The position numbers and the translations under genes are program-made. Shown piece by piece: positions 38,301 through 53,400 of a DNA stretch of 64,000 nt (within the stretch, counting starts at the first letter, position 1; each line of letters begins with the position of its first letter). The stretch is taken from positions 29,946,001 to 30,010,000 of the forward strand of contig OZ024747.1 in NCBI GenBank assembly GCA_964016885.1, written 5' to 3'. The notes under the pieces are model-generated. The model was not told the origin of the DNA, did no database searches, and worked only from the letters and a program-made list of their open reading frames with translations. The stretch is from Eledone cirrhosa (lineage: Eukaryota).

Positions 38301-40275
38301 AATGTATAAACGCATTTTTTTGAAAAAAAACATTTTTTCCAAATACTGTGTAAATTGATCAATTTGTGAAAAAACCTAAAAAAATCAATTTTAGAAATCA
38401 GAAGTAAATATTTCGAAAAGTTGATTATTTTAGGTTTTTCACAAATTGATCATTTTACACAGTATTTCGAAAAATTGTTTTTTTTCAAAAAAGATTGATT
38501 TTTTTTCTTTTGAAATATCTACTTTCTGATTTCGAAAATTGTTATATATTTTGTATTTTTAAAAAGTTTTTCAACGTGTCGAAACATAATGTATAAACGC
38601 ATATTTTCCAAATACTGTGTAAAATGATCTATTTGTGAAAAAGCTAAAAAAATCAATTTTAGAAATCGGAAGTAAATATTTCGAAACAGTATTTCGAAAA
38701 ATTATTTTTTTTCCAAAAACATTGATTTTTTTCTTTCGGAATGTATACTTTCTGATTTCGAAAATTGATATACATTTTGTATTTTTCAAATATTTTTCAA
38801 CGTGTTGAAACAGTGTATAAACGCATTCTTTTGAAAAAAAAACATATTTTCCAAATACTGTGAAAAAATCTAAAAAAATCAATTTTAGAAATTAGAAGTA
38901 AATATTTCGAAAAGTGTAAACAAATTGATTATTTTAGGTTTTTCACAAATTGATCATTTTACACAGTATTTCGAAAAATTGTTTTTTTTCAAAAAAGATT
39001 GATTTTTTTTCTTTTGAAATATCTACTTTCTGATTTCGAAAATTGTTATATATTTTGTATTTTTAAAAAGTTTTTCAACGTGTCGAAACATAATGTATAA
39101 ACGCATTTTTTCCAAATACTGTGTAAAATGATCTATTTGTGAAAAAGCTAAAAAAATCAATTTTAGAAATCAGAAGTAAATATTTCGAAAAGTATAAAAA
39201 AATTGATTATTTTAGGTTTTTCACAAATTGATCATTTTACACAGTATTTCGAAAAATTGTTTTTTTACAAAAAACATTGATTTTTTTCCTTTGGAAATAT
39301 AGACTTTCTGATTTCGAAAATTGATATATATTTTGTATTTTTCAAACACAATGTATAAACGCATTTTTTTGAAAAAAAACATTTTTTCCAAATACTCTGT
39401 AAAATGATCAATTTGTGAAAAACCTAAAAAAATCAATTTTAGAAGTCAGAAGTAAATATTTCGAAAAGTATAAAAAAAATTGATTATTTTAGGTTTTTCA
39501 CAAATTGATAATTTTACACAATATTTCGAAAATTTGTTTTTTTTCAAAAAAGATTGATTTTTTTTCTATCGAAATATATACTTTCTGATTTCGAAAATTG
39601 ATATACATTTTGTATTTTTCAAATATTTTTCAACGTGTTGAAACACAGTGTATAAACGCATTCTTTTGAAAAAAAAACATTTTTTCCAAATACTGTGAAA
39701 AAACCTAAAAAAATCAATTTTAGAAATTAGAAGTAAATATTTCGAAAAGTGTAAACAAATTGATTATTTTAGGTTTTTCACAAATTGATCATTTTACACA
39801 GTATTTCGAAAAATTGTTTTTTTTCAAAAAAGATTGATTTTTTTCTTTTGAAATATCTACTTTCTGATTTCGAAAATTGTTATATATTTTGTATTTTTAA
39901 AAAATTTTTCAACGTGTATGTATAAATGTATAAACGCATTTTTTCCAAATACTGTGTAAAATGATCAATTTGTGAAAAACCTAAAAAAATCAATTTTAGA
40001 AATCAGAAGTAAATATTTCGAAAAGTATAAAAAAATTGATTATTTTAGGTTTTTCACAAATTGATCATTTTACACAGTATTTCGAAAAATTGTTTTTTTA
40101 CAAAAAACATTGATTTTTTTTCTTTCGAAATATAGACTTTCTGATTTCGAAAATTGATATATATTTTGTATTTTTCAAACACAATGTATAAACGCATTTT
40201 TTTGAAAAAAAACATTTTTTCCAAATACTCTGTAAAATGATCAATTTGTGAAAAACCTAAAAAAATCAATTTTAG
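35384..40275. repeat. Second copy of the 16.4-21.3 kb block (offset ~18.95 kb)
   Basis: It has the same ordered rare markers (tcaaacaatg, tgatcgattt, gtattaaaaa/tttttggttttt, attgcgaaaagttg, gtagatatt, atttggaaaa) and matching ORF offsets. Confidence 0.9.
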
Positions 40276-43018
40276 GTCAGAAGTAAATATTTCGAAAAGT
40301 ATAAAAAAATTGATTATTTTAGGTTTTTCACAAATTGATAATTTTACACAATATTTCGAAAATTTGTTTTTTTTCAAAAAAGATTGATTTTTTTTCTATC
40401 GAAATATATACTTTCTGATTTCGAAAATTGATATACATTTTGTATTTTTCAAATATTTTTCAACGTGTTGAAACAAAGTGTATAAACGCATTTTTTTGAA
40501 AAAAAAACATTTTTTCCAAAAAAATCAATTTTAGAAATTAGAAGTAAATATTTCGAAAAGTGTAAACAAATTGATTATTTTAGGTTTTTCACAAATTGAT
40601 CATTTTACACAGTATTTGGAAAAATTGTTTTTTTTCAAAAAAGATTGATTTTTTTTCTTTTGAAATATCTACTTTCTGATTTCGAAAATTGTTATATATT
40701 TTGTATTTTTAAAAAGTTTTTCAACGTGTCGAAACATAATGTATAAACGCATTTTTTCCAAATACTGTGTGAAATGATCTATTTTTGAAAAAGCTAAAAA
40801 AATCAATTTTAGAAATCGGAAGTAAATATTTCGAAAAGTATAAAAAAATTGATTATTTTAGGTTTTTCACAAATTGATCATTTTAAACAGTATTTCGAAA
40901 AATTATTTTTTTTCCAAAAACATTGATTTTTTTCTTTCGGAATATATACTTTCTGATTTCGAAAATTGATATATATTTTGTATTTTTCAAACACAATGTA
41001 TAAACGCATTTTTTTGAAAAAAAACATTTTTTCCAAATACTGTGTAAAATGATCAATTTGTGAAAAACCTAAAAAAATCAATTTTAGAAATCAGAAGTAA
41101 ATATTTCGAAAAGTATAAAAAAATTGATTATTTTAGGTTTTTCACAAATTGATAATTTTACACAGTATTTCGAAAAATTGTTTTTTTATCAAAAAAGATT
41201 GATTTTTTTTCTTTCGAAATATATAATTTCTGATTTCGAAATTTGATATATATTTTGTATTTTTAAAAAGTTTTTCAATGTGTCGAAACATAATGTATAA
41301 ACGCATTTTATCCAAATACTGTGTAAAATGATCTATTTGTGAAAAAGCTAAAAAAATCAATTTTAGAAATCGGAAGTAAATATTTCGAAAAGTATAAAAA
41401 AATTGATTATTTTAGGTTTTTCACAAATTGATCATTTTAAACAGTATTTCGAAAAATTATTTTTTTTCCAAAAACATTGATTTTTATCTTTCGAAATATA
41501 TATTTTCTGATTTCGAATATTGATATACATTTTGTATTTTTCAAATATTTTTCAACGTATGTATAAACAATGTATAAACGCATTTTTTTGAAAAAAAACA
41601 TTTTTTCCAAATACTGTGTAAATTGATCAATTTGTGAAAAAACCTAAAAAAATCAATTTTAGAAATCAGAAGTAAATATTTCGAAAAGTTGATTATTTTA
41701 GGTTTTTCACAAATTGATCATTTTACACAGTATTTCGAAAAATTGTTTTTTTTCAAAAAAGATTGATTTTTTTTCTTTTGAAATATCTACTTTCTGATTT
41801 CGAAAATTGTTATATATTTTGTATTTTTAAAAAGTTTTTCAACGTGTCGAAACATAATGTATAAACGCATATTTTCCAAATACTGTGTAAAATGATCTAT
41901 TTGTGAAAAAGCTAAAAAAATCAATTTTAGAAATCGGAAGTAAATATTTCGAAACAGTATTTCGAAAAATTATTTTTTTTCCAAAAACATTGATTTTTTT
42001 CTTTCGGAATGTATACTTTCTGATTTCGAAAATTGATATACATTTTGTATTTTTCAAATATTTTTCAACGTGTTGAAACAGTGTATAAACGCATTCTTTT
42101 GAAAAAAAAACATTTTTTCCAAATACTGTGAAAAAATCTAAAAAAATCAATTTTAGAAATTAGAAGTAAATATTTCGAAAAGTGTAAACAAATTGATTAT
42201 TTTAGGTTTTTCACAAATTGATCATTTTACACAGTATTTCGAAAAATTGTTTTTTTTCAAAAAAGATTGATTTTTTTTCTTTTGAAATATCTACTTTCTG
42301 ATTTCGAAAATTGTTATATATTTTGTATTTTTAAAAAGTTTTTCAACGTGTCGAAACATAATGTATAAACGCATTTTTTCCAAATACTGTGTAAAATGAT
42401 CTATTTGTGAAAAAGCTAAAAAAATCAATTTTAGAAATCAGAAGTAAATATTTCGAAAAGTATAAAAAAATTGATTATTTTAGGTTTTTCACAAATTGAT
42501 CATTTTACACAGTATTTCGAAAAATTGTTTTTTTACAAAAAACATTGATTTTTTTCCTTTCGAAATATAGACTTTCTGATTTCGAAAATTGATATATATT
42601 TTGTATTTTTCAAACACAATGTATAAACGCATTTTTTTGAAAAAAAACATTTTTTCCAAATACTCTGTAAAATGATCAATTTGTGAAAAACCTAAAAAAA
42701 TCAATTTTAGAAGTCAGAAGTAAATATTTCGAAAAGTATAAAAAAAATTGATTATTTTAGGTTTTTCACAAATTGATAATTTTACACAATATTTCGAAAA
42801 TTTGTTTTTTTTCAAAAAAGATTGATTTTTTTTCTATCGAAATATATACTTTCTGATTTCGAAAATTGATATACATTTTGTATTTTTCAAATATTTTTCA
42901 ACGTGTTGAAACACAGTGTATAAACGCATTCTTTTGAAAAAAAAACATTTTTTCCAAATACTGTGAAAAAACCTAAAAAAATCAATTTTAGAAATTAGAA
43001 GTAAATATTTCGAAAAGT
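37130..43018. repeat. ~12-monomer tandem duplication, 3268-bp period, ~1.8 copies
   Basis: ORF offsets 37610/40878, 37874/41142, 38571/41839 and 39221/42489 are all 3268. Confidence 0.9.
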
Positions 43019-46000
43019 ATAAAAAAATTGATTATTTTAGGTTTTTGATAATTTTACACAATATTTCGAAAATTTGTTTTTTTTCAAAAAAGATTGATTT
43101 TTTTTCTTTTGAAATATCTACTTTCTGATTTCGAAAATTGTTATATATTTTGTATTTTGAAAAAGTTTTTCAATGTGTCGAAACATAATGTATAAACGCA
43201 TTTTTTCCAAATACTGTGTAAAATGATCTATTTGTGAAAAAGCTAAAAAAATCAATTTTACAAATCGGAAGTAAATATTTCGAAAAGTATAAAAAAATTG
43301 ATTATTTTAGGTTTTTCACAAATTGATCATTTTAAACAGTATTTCGAAAAATTATTTTTTTTCCCAAAACATTGATTTTTTTCTTTCGGAATATATACTT
43401 TCTGATTTCGAAAATTGATATATATTTTGTATTTTTCAAACACAATGTATAAACGCATTTTTTTGAAAAAAAACATTTTTTCCAAATACTGTGTAAAATG
43501 ATCAATTTGTGAAAAACCTAAAAAAATCAATTTTAGAAATCAGAAGTAAATATTTCGAAAAGTGTAAACAAATTGATTATTTTAGGTTTTTCACAAATTG
43601 ATCATTTTACACAGTATTTCGAAAAATTGTTTTTTTTCAAAAAAGATTGATTTTTTTTCTTTCGAAATATCTACTTTCTGATTTCGAAAATTGTTATATA
43701 TTTTGTATTTTTAAAAAATTTTTCAGCGTGTATGTATAAATGTATAAACGCATTTTTTCCAAATACTGTGTAAAATGATCAATTTGTGAAAAACCTAAAA
43801 AAATCAATTTTAGAAATCAGAAGTAAATATTTCAAAAAGTATAAAAAAATTGATTATTTTAGGTTTTTCACAAATTGATCATTTTACACAGTATTTCGAA
43901 AAATTGTTTTTTTACAAAAAACATTGATTTTTTTTCTTTCGAAATATAGACTTTCTGATTTCGAAAATTGATATATATTTTGTATTTTTCAAACACAATG
44001 TATAAACGCATTTTTTTGAAAAAAAACATTTTTTCCAAATACTGTGTAAATTGATCAATTTGTGAAAAACCTAAAAAAATCAATTCTAGAAATCAAAAGT
44101 AAATATTTCGAAAAGTATAAAAAAATTGATTATTTTAGGTTTTTCACAAATTGATCATTTTACACAGTATTTCGAAAAATTGTTTTTTTACAAAAAACAT
44201 TGATTTTTTTTCTTTCGAAATATATACTTTCTGATTTCGAAAATTGATATATATTTTGTATTTTTCAAACACAATGTATAAACGCATTTTTTTGAAAAAA
44301 AACATTTTTTCCAAATACTCTGTAAAATGATCAATTTGTGAAAAACCTAAAAAAATCAATTTTAGAAGTCATAAGTAAATATTTCGAAAAGTATAAAAAA
44401 ATTGATTATTTTAGGTTTTTCACAAATTGATAATTTTACACAATATTTCGAAAATTTGTTTTTTTTCAAAAAAGATTGATTTTTTTTCTATCGAAATATA
44501 TACTTTCTGATTTCGAAAATTGATATACATTTTGTATTTTTCAAATATTTTTCAACGTGTTGAAACACAGTGTGTAAACGCATTCTTTTGAAAAAAAAAC
44601 ATTTTTTCCAAATACTGTGAAAAAACCTAAAAAAATCAATTTTAGAAATCGGAAGTAAATATTTCGAAAAGTATAAAAAAATTGATTATTTTAGGTTTTT
44701 CACAAATTGATCATTTTAAACAGTATTTCGAAAAATTATTTTTTTTCCCAAAACATTGATTTTTTTCTTTCGGAATATATACTTTCTGATTTCGAAAATT
44801 GATATATATTTTGTATTTTTCAAACACAATGTATAAACGCATTTTTTTAAAAAAAAACATTTTTTCCAAATACTGTGTAAATTGATCAATTCGTGAAAAA
44901 ACCTAAAAAAATCAATTTTAGAAATCAGAAGTTAATATTTCGAAAAGTGTAAACAAATTGATTATTTTTGGTTTTTCACAAATTGATCATTTTACACAGT
45001 ATTTCGAAAAATTGTTTTTTTTCAGAAAAGATTGATTTTTTTTCTTTTGAAATATCTACTTTCTGATTTCGAAAATTGTTATATAATTTCTATTTTTAAA
45101 AAATTTTTCAGCGTGTATGTATAAATGTATAAACGCATTTTTTCCAAATACTGTGTAAAATGATCAATTTGTGAAAAACCTAAAAAAATCAATTTTAGAA
45201 GTCAGAAGTAAATATTTCGAAAAGTATAAAAAAATTGATTATTTTAGGTTCTTCACAAATTGATAATGTTACACAATATTTCGAAAATTTGTTTTTTTTC
45301 AAAAAAGATTGATTTTTTTTCTATCGAAATATATACTTTCTGATTTCGAAAATTGATATACATTTTGTATTTTTCAAATATTTTTCAACGTGTTGAAACA
45401 GTGTATAAACGCATTCTTTTGAAAAAAAAACATTTTTTCCAAATACTGTGAAAAAACCTAAAAAAATCAATTTTAGAAATTAGAAGTAAATATTTCGAAA
45501 AGTGTAAACAAATTGATTATTTTAGGTTTTTCACAAATTGATCATTTTACACAGTATTTCGAAAAATTGTTTTTTTTCAAAAAACATTGATTTTTTTCTT
45601 TTGAAATATCTACTTTCTGATTTCGAAAATTGTTATATATTTTGTATTTTTAAAAAATTTTTCAACGTGTATGTATAAATGTATAAACGCATTTTTTCCA
45701 AATACTGTGTAAAATGATCAATTTGTGAAAAACCTAAAAAAATCAATTTTAGAAATCGGAAGTAAATATTTCGAAACAGTATTTCGAAAAATTATTTTTT
45801 TTCCAAAAACATTGATTTTTTTCTTTCGGAATGTATACTTTCTGATTTCGAAAATTGATATACATTTTGTATTTTTCAAATATTTTTCAACGTGTTGAAA
45901 CAGTGTATAAACGCATTCTTTTGAAAAAAAAACATTTTTTCCAAATACTGTGAAAAAATCTAAAAAAATCAATTTTAGAAATTAGAAGTAAATATTTCGA

Positions 46001-47414
46001 AAAGTGTAAACAAATTGATTATTTTAGGTTTTTCACAAATTGATCATTTTACACAGTATTTCGAAAAATTGTTTTTTTTCAAAAAAGATTGATTTTTTTT
46101 CTTTTGAAATATCTACTTTCTGATTTCGAAAATTGTTATATATTTTGTATTTTTAAAAAGTTTTTCAACGTGTCGAAACATAATGTATAAACGCATTTTT
46201 TCCAAATACTGTGTAAAATGATCTATTTGTGAAAAAGCTAAAAAAATCAATTTTAGAAATCAGAAGTAAATATTTCGAAAAGTATAAAAAAATTGATTAT
46301 TTTAGGTTTTTCACAAATTGATCATTTTACACAGTATTTCGAAAAATTGTTTTTTTACAAAAAACATTGATTTTTTTCCTTTCGAAATATAGACTTTCTG
46401 ATTTCGAAAATTGATATATATTTTGTATTTTTCAAACACAATGTATAAACGCATTTTTTTGAAAAAAAACATTTTTTCCAAATACTCTGTAAAATGATCA
46501 ATTTGTGAAAAACCTAAAAAAATCAATTTTAGAAGTCAGAAGTAAATATTTCGAAAAGTATAAAAAAAATTGATTATTTTAGGTTTTTCACAAATTGATA
46601 ATTTTACACAATATTTCGAAAATTTGTTTTTTTTCAAAAAAGATTGATTTTTTTTCTATCGAAATATATACTTTCTGATTTCGAAAATTGATATACATTT
46701 TGTATTTTTCAAATATTTTTCAACGTGTTGAAACACAGTGTATAAACGCATTCTTTTGAAAAAAAAACATTTTTTCCAAATACTGTGAAAAAACCTAAAA
46801 AAATCAATTTTAGAAATTAGAAGTAAATATTTCGAAAAGTGTAAACAAATTGATTATTTTAGGTTTTTCACAAATTGATCATTTTAAACAGTATTTCGAA
46901 AAATTATTTTTTTTCCCAAAACATTGATTTTTTTCTTTCGGAATATATACTTTCTGATTTCGAAAATTGATATATATTTTGTATTTTTCAAACACAATGT
47001 ATAAACGCATTTATTTGAAAAAAAAACATTTTTTCCAAATACTGTGTAAAATGATCAATTTGTGAAAAACCTAAAAAAATCAATTTTAGAAATCAGAAGT
47101 AAATATTTCAAAAAGTGTAAACAAATTGATTATTTTAGGTTTTTCACAAATTGATCATTTTACACAGTATTTCGAAAAATTGTTTTTTTTCAAAAAAGAT
47201 TGATTTTTTTTCTTTCGAAATATCTACTTTCTGATTTCGAAAATTGTTATATATTTTGTATTTTTAAAAAATTTTTCAGCGTGTATGTATAAATGTATAA
47301 ACGCATTTTTTCCAAATACTGTGTAAAATGATCAATTTGTGAAAAACCTAAAAAAATCAATTTTAGAAATCAGAAGTAAATATTTCAAAAAGTATAAAAA
47401 AATTGATTATTTTA

Positions 47415-50400
47415 GGTTTTTCACAAATTGATCATTTTACACAGTATTTCGAAAAATTGTTTTTTTATCAAAAAAGATTGATTTTTTTTCTTTCGAAATA
47501 TATAATTTCTGATTTCGAAATTTGATATATATTTTGTATTTTTCAAAAATTTTTCAATGTGTATGTATAAACGCATTTTTTCCAAATACTGTGTAAATTG
47601 ATCAATATGTGAAAAACCTAAAAAAATCAATTCTAGAAATCAAAAGTAAATATTGCGAAAAGTTGATTATTTTAGGTTTTTTACAAATTGATCATTTTAC
47701 ACAGTATTTCGAAAAATTGTTTTTTTATCAAAAGACATTGATTTTTTTCTTTCGAAATATATACTTTCTGATTTCGAAAATTGATATATATTTTGTATTT
47801 TTCAAACACAATGTATAAACGCATTTTTTTGAAAAAAAACATTTTTTCCAAATACTGTGTAAAATGATCAATTTGTGAAAAACCTAAAAAAATCAATTTT
47901 AGAAATCAGAAGTAGATATTTCGAAAAGTATAAAAAAATTGATTATTTTAGGTTTTTCACAAATTGATAATTTTACACAGTATTTCGAAAATTTGTTTTT
48001 TTTCAAAAAAGATTGATTTTTTTTCTATCGAAATATATACTTTCTGATTTCGAAAATTGTTATATAATTTGTATTTTTAAAAAATTTTTCAGCGTATAAA
48101 TGTATAAACGCATTTTTTCCAAATACTGTGTAAAATGATCAATTTGTTAAAAACCTAAAAAAATCAATTTTAGAAATCAGAAGTAAATATTTCGAAAAGT
48201 ATAAAAAAATTGATTATTTTAGGTTTTTCACAAATTGATAATTTTACACAGTATTTCGAAAATTTGTTTTTTTTCAAAAAAGATTGATTTTTTTTCTATC
48301 GAAATATATACTTTCTGATTTCGAAAATTGATATACATTTTGTATTTTTCAAATATTTTTCAACGTGTTGAAACAAAGTGTATAAACGCATTTTTTTGAA
48401 AAAAAAACATTTTTTCCAAAAAAATCAATTTTAGAAATTAGAAGTAAATATTTCGAAAAGTGTAAACAAATTGATTATTTTAGGTTTTTCACAAATTGAT
48501 CATTTTACACAGTATTTGGAAAAATTGTTTTTTTTCAAAAAAGATTGATTTTTTTTCTTTTGAAATATCTACTTTCTGATTTCGAAAATTGTTATATATT
48601 TTGTATTTTTAAAAAGTTTTTCAACGTGTCGAAACATAATGTATAAACGCATTTTTTCCAAATACTGTGTGAAATGATCTATTTTTGAAAAAGCTAAAAA
48701 AATCAATTTTAGAAATCGGAAGTAAATATTTCGAAAAGTATAAAAAAATTGATTATTTTAGGTTTTTCACAAATTGATCATTTTAAACAGTATTTCGAAA
48801 AATTATTTTTTTTCCAAAAACATTGATTTTTTTCTTTCGGAATATATACTTTCTGATTTCGAAAATTGATATATATTTTGTATTTTTCAAACACAATGTA
48901 TAAACGCATTTTTTTGAAAAAAAACATTTCTTCCAAATACTGTGTAAAATGATCAATTTGTGAAAAACCTAAAAAAATCAATTTTAGAAATCAGAAGTAA
49001 ATATTTCGAAAAGTATAAAAAAATTGATTATTTTAGGTTTTTCACAAATTGATCATTTTACACAGTATTTCGAAAAATTGTTTTTTTATCAAAAAAGATT
49101 GATTTTTTTTCTTTCGAAATATATAATTTCTGATTTCGAAATTTGATATATATTTTGTATTTTTAAAAAGTTTTTCAATGTGTCGAAACATAATGTATAA
49201 ACGCATTTTATCCAAATACTGTGTAAAATGATCTATTTGTGAAAAAGCTAAAAAAATCAATTTTAGAAATCGGAAGTAAATATTTCGAAAAGTATAAAAA
49301 AATTGATTATTTTAGGTTTTTCACAAATTGATCATTTTAAACAGTATTTCGAAAAATTATTTTTTTTCCAAAAACATTGATTTTTTTCTTTCGAAATATA
49401 TATTTTCTGATTTCGAATATTGATATACATTTTGTATTTTTCAAATATTTTTCAACGTATGTATAAACAATGTATAAACGCATTTTTTTGAAAAAAAACA
49501 TTTTTTCCAAATACTGTGTAAATTGATCAATTTGTGAAAAAACCTAAAAAAATCAATTTTAGAAATCAGAAGTAAATATTTCGAAAAGTTGATTATTTTA
49601 GGTTTTTCACAAATTGATCATTTTACACAGTATTTCGAAAAATTGTTTTTTTTCAAAAAAGATTGATTTTTTTTCTTTTGAAATATCTACTTTCTGATTT
49701 CGAAAATTGTTATATATTTTGTATTTTTAAAAAGTTTTTCAACGTGTCGAAACATAATGTATAAACGCATATTTTCCAAATACTGTGTAAAATGATCTAT
49801 TTGTGAAAAAGCTAAAAAAATCAATTTTAGAAATCGGAAGTAAATATTTCGAAACAGTATTTCGAAAAATTATTTTTTTTCCAAAAACATTGATTTTTTT
49901 CTTTCGGAATGTATACTTTCTGATTTCGAAAATTGATATACATTTTGTATTTTTCAAATATTTTTCAACGTGTTGAAACAGTGTATAAACGCATTCTTTT
50001 GAAAAAAAAACATTTTTTCCAAATACTGTGAAAAAATCTAAAAAAATCAATTTTAGAAATTAGAAGTAAATATTTCGAAAAGTGTAAACAAATTGATTAT
50101 TTTAGGTTTTTCACAAATTGATCATTTTACACAGTATTTCGAAAAATTGTTTTTTTTCAAAAAAGATTGATTTTTTTTCTTTTGAAATATCTACTTTCTG
50201 ATTTCGAAAATTGTTATATATTTTGTATTTTTAAAAAGTTTTTCAACGTGTCGAAACATAATGTATAAACGCATTTTTTCCAAATACTGTGTAAAATGAT
50301 CTATTTGTGAAAAAGCTAAAAAAATCAATTTTAGAAATCAGAAGTAAATATTTCGAAAAGTATAAAAAAATTGATTATTTTAGGTTTTTCACAAATTGAT

Positions 50401-53400
50401 CATTTTACACAGTATTTCGAAAAATTGTTTTTTTACAAAAAACATTGATTTTTTTCCTTTCGAAATATAGACTTTCTGATTTCGAAAATTGATATATATT
50501 TTGTATTTTTCAAACACAATGTATAAACGCATTTTTTTGAAAAAAAACATTTTTTCCAAATACTCTGTAAAATGATCAATTTGTGAAAAACCTAAAAAAA
50601 TCAATTTTAGAAGTCAGAAGTAAATATTTCGAAAAGTATAAAAAAAATTGATTATTTTAGGTTTTTCACAAATTGATAATTTTACACAATATTTCGAAAA
50701 TTTGTTTTTTTTCAAAAAAGATTGATTTTTTTTCTATCGAAATATATACTTTCTGATTTCGAAAATTGATATACATTTTGTATTTTTCAAATATTTTTCA
50801 ACGTGTTGAAACACAGTGTATAAACGCATTCTTTTGAAAAAAAAACATTTTTTCCAAATACTGTGAAAAAACCTAAAAAAATCAATTTTAGAAATTAGAA
50901 GTAAATATTTCGAAAAGTGTAAACAAATTGATTATTTTAGGTTTTTCACAAATTGATCATTTTACACAGTATTTCGAAAAATTGTTTTTTTTCAAAAAAG
51001 ATTGATTTTTTTCTTTTGAAATATCTACTTTCTGATTTCGAAAATTGTTATATATTTTGTATTTTTAAAAAATTTTTCAACGTGTATGTATAAATGTATA
51101 AACGCATTTTTTCCAAATACTGTGTAAAATGATCAATTTGTGAAAAACCTAAAAAAATCAATTTTAGAAATCAGAAGTAAATATTTCGAAAAGTATAAAA
51201 AAATTGATTATTTTAGGTTTTTCACAAATTGATCATTTTACACAGTATTTCGAAAAATTGTTTTTTTACAAAAAACATTGATTTTTTTTCTTTCGAAATA
51301 TAGACTTTCTGATTTCGAAAATTGATATATATTTTGTATTTTTCAAACACAATGTATAAACGCATTTTTTTGAAAAAAAAACATTTTTTCCAAATACTGT
51401 GTAAAATGATCAATTTGTGAAAAACCTAAAAAAATCAATTTTAGAAGTCAGAAGTAAATATTTCGAAAAGTATAAAAAAATTGATTATTTTAGGTTTTTG
51501 ATAATTTTACACAATATTTCGAAAATTTGTTTTTTTTCAAAAAAGATTGATTTTTTTTCTTTTGAAATATCTACTGTCTGATTTCGAAAATTGATATATA
51601 TTTTGTATTTTTCAAACACAATGTATAAACGCATTTTTTTGAAAAAAAACATTTTTTCCAAATACTCTGTAAAATGATCAATTTGTGAAAAACCTAAAAA
51701 AATCAATTTTAGAAGTCAGAAGTAAATATTTCGAAAAGTATAAAAAAAATTGATTATTTTAGGTTTTTCACAAATTGATAATTTTACACAATATTTCGAA
51801 AATTTGTTTTTTTTCAAAAAAGATTGATTTTTTTTCTATCGAAATATATACTTTCTGATTTCGAAAATTGATATACATTTTGTATTTTTCAAATATTTTT
51901 CAACGTGTTGAAACACAGTGTATAAACGCATTCTTTTGAAAAAAAAACATTTTTTCCAAATACTGTGAAAAAACCTAAAAAAATCAATTTTAGAAATTAG
52001 AAGTAAATATTTCGAAAAGTGTAAACAAATTGATTATTTTAGGTTTTTCACAAATTGATCATTTTACACAGTATTTCGAAAAATTGTTTTTTTTCAAAAA
52101 AGATTGATTTTTTTCTTTTGAAATATCTACTTTCTGATTTCGAAAATTGTTATATATTTTGTATTTTTAAAAAATTTTTCAACGTGTATGTATAAATGTA
52201 TAAACGCATTTTTTCCAAATACTGTGTAAAATGATCAATTTGTGAAAAACCTAAAAAAATCAATTTTAGAAATCAGAAGTAAATATTTCGAAAAGTATAA
52301 AAAAATTGATTATTTTAGGTTTTTCACAAATTGATCATTTTACACAGTATTTCGAAAAATTGTTTTTTTACAAAAAACATTGATTTTTTTTCTTTCGAAA
52401 TATAGACTTTCTGATTTCGAAAATTGATATATATTTTGTATTTTTCAAACACAATGTATAAACGCATTTTTTTGAAAAAAAACATTTTTTCCAAATACTC
52501 TGTAAAATGATCAATTTGTGAAAAACCTAAAAAAATCAATTTTAGAAGTCAGAAGTAAATATTTCGAAAAGTATAAAAAAATTGATTATTTTAGGTTTTT
52601 GATAATTTTACACGATATTTCGAAAATTTGTTTTTTTTCAAAAAAGATTGATTTTTTTTCTTTTGAAATATCTACTTTCTGATTTCGAAAATTGTTATAT
52701 ATTTTGTATTTTTAAAAAGTTTTTCAATGTGTCGAAACATAATGTATAAACGCATTTTTTCCAAATACTGTGTAAAATGATCTATTTGTGAAAAACCTAA
52801 AAAAATCAATTTTACAAATCGGAAGTAAATATTTCGAAAAGTATAAAAAAATTGATTATTTTAGGTTTTTCACAAATTGATCATTTTAAACAGTATTTCG
52901 AAAAATTATTTTTTTTCCCAAAACATTGATTTTTTTCTTTCGGAATATATACTTTCTGATTTCGAAAATTGTTATATATTTTGTATTTTTAAAAAATTTT
53001 TCAGCGTGTATGTATAAATGTATAAACGCATTTTTTCCAAATACTGTGTAAAATGATCAATTTGTAAAAAACCTAAAAAAATCAATTTTAGAAATCAGAA
53101 GTAAATATTTCGAAAAGTGTAAACAAATTGATTATTTTAGGTTTTTCACAAATTGATCATTTTACACAGTATTTCGAAAAATTGTTTTTTTTCAAAAAAG
53201 ATTGATTTTTTTTCTTTCGAAATATCTACTTTCTGATTTCGAAAATTGTTATATATTTTGTATTTTTAAAAAATTTTTCAGCGTGTATGTATAAATGTAT
53301 AAACGCATTTTTTCCAAATACTGTGTAAAATGATCAATTTGTGAAAAACCTAAAAAAATCAATTTTAGAAATCAGAAGTAAATATTTCAAAAAGTATAAA

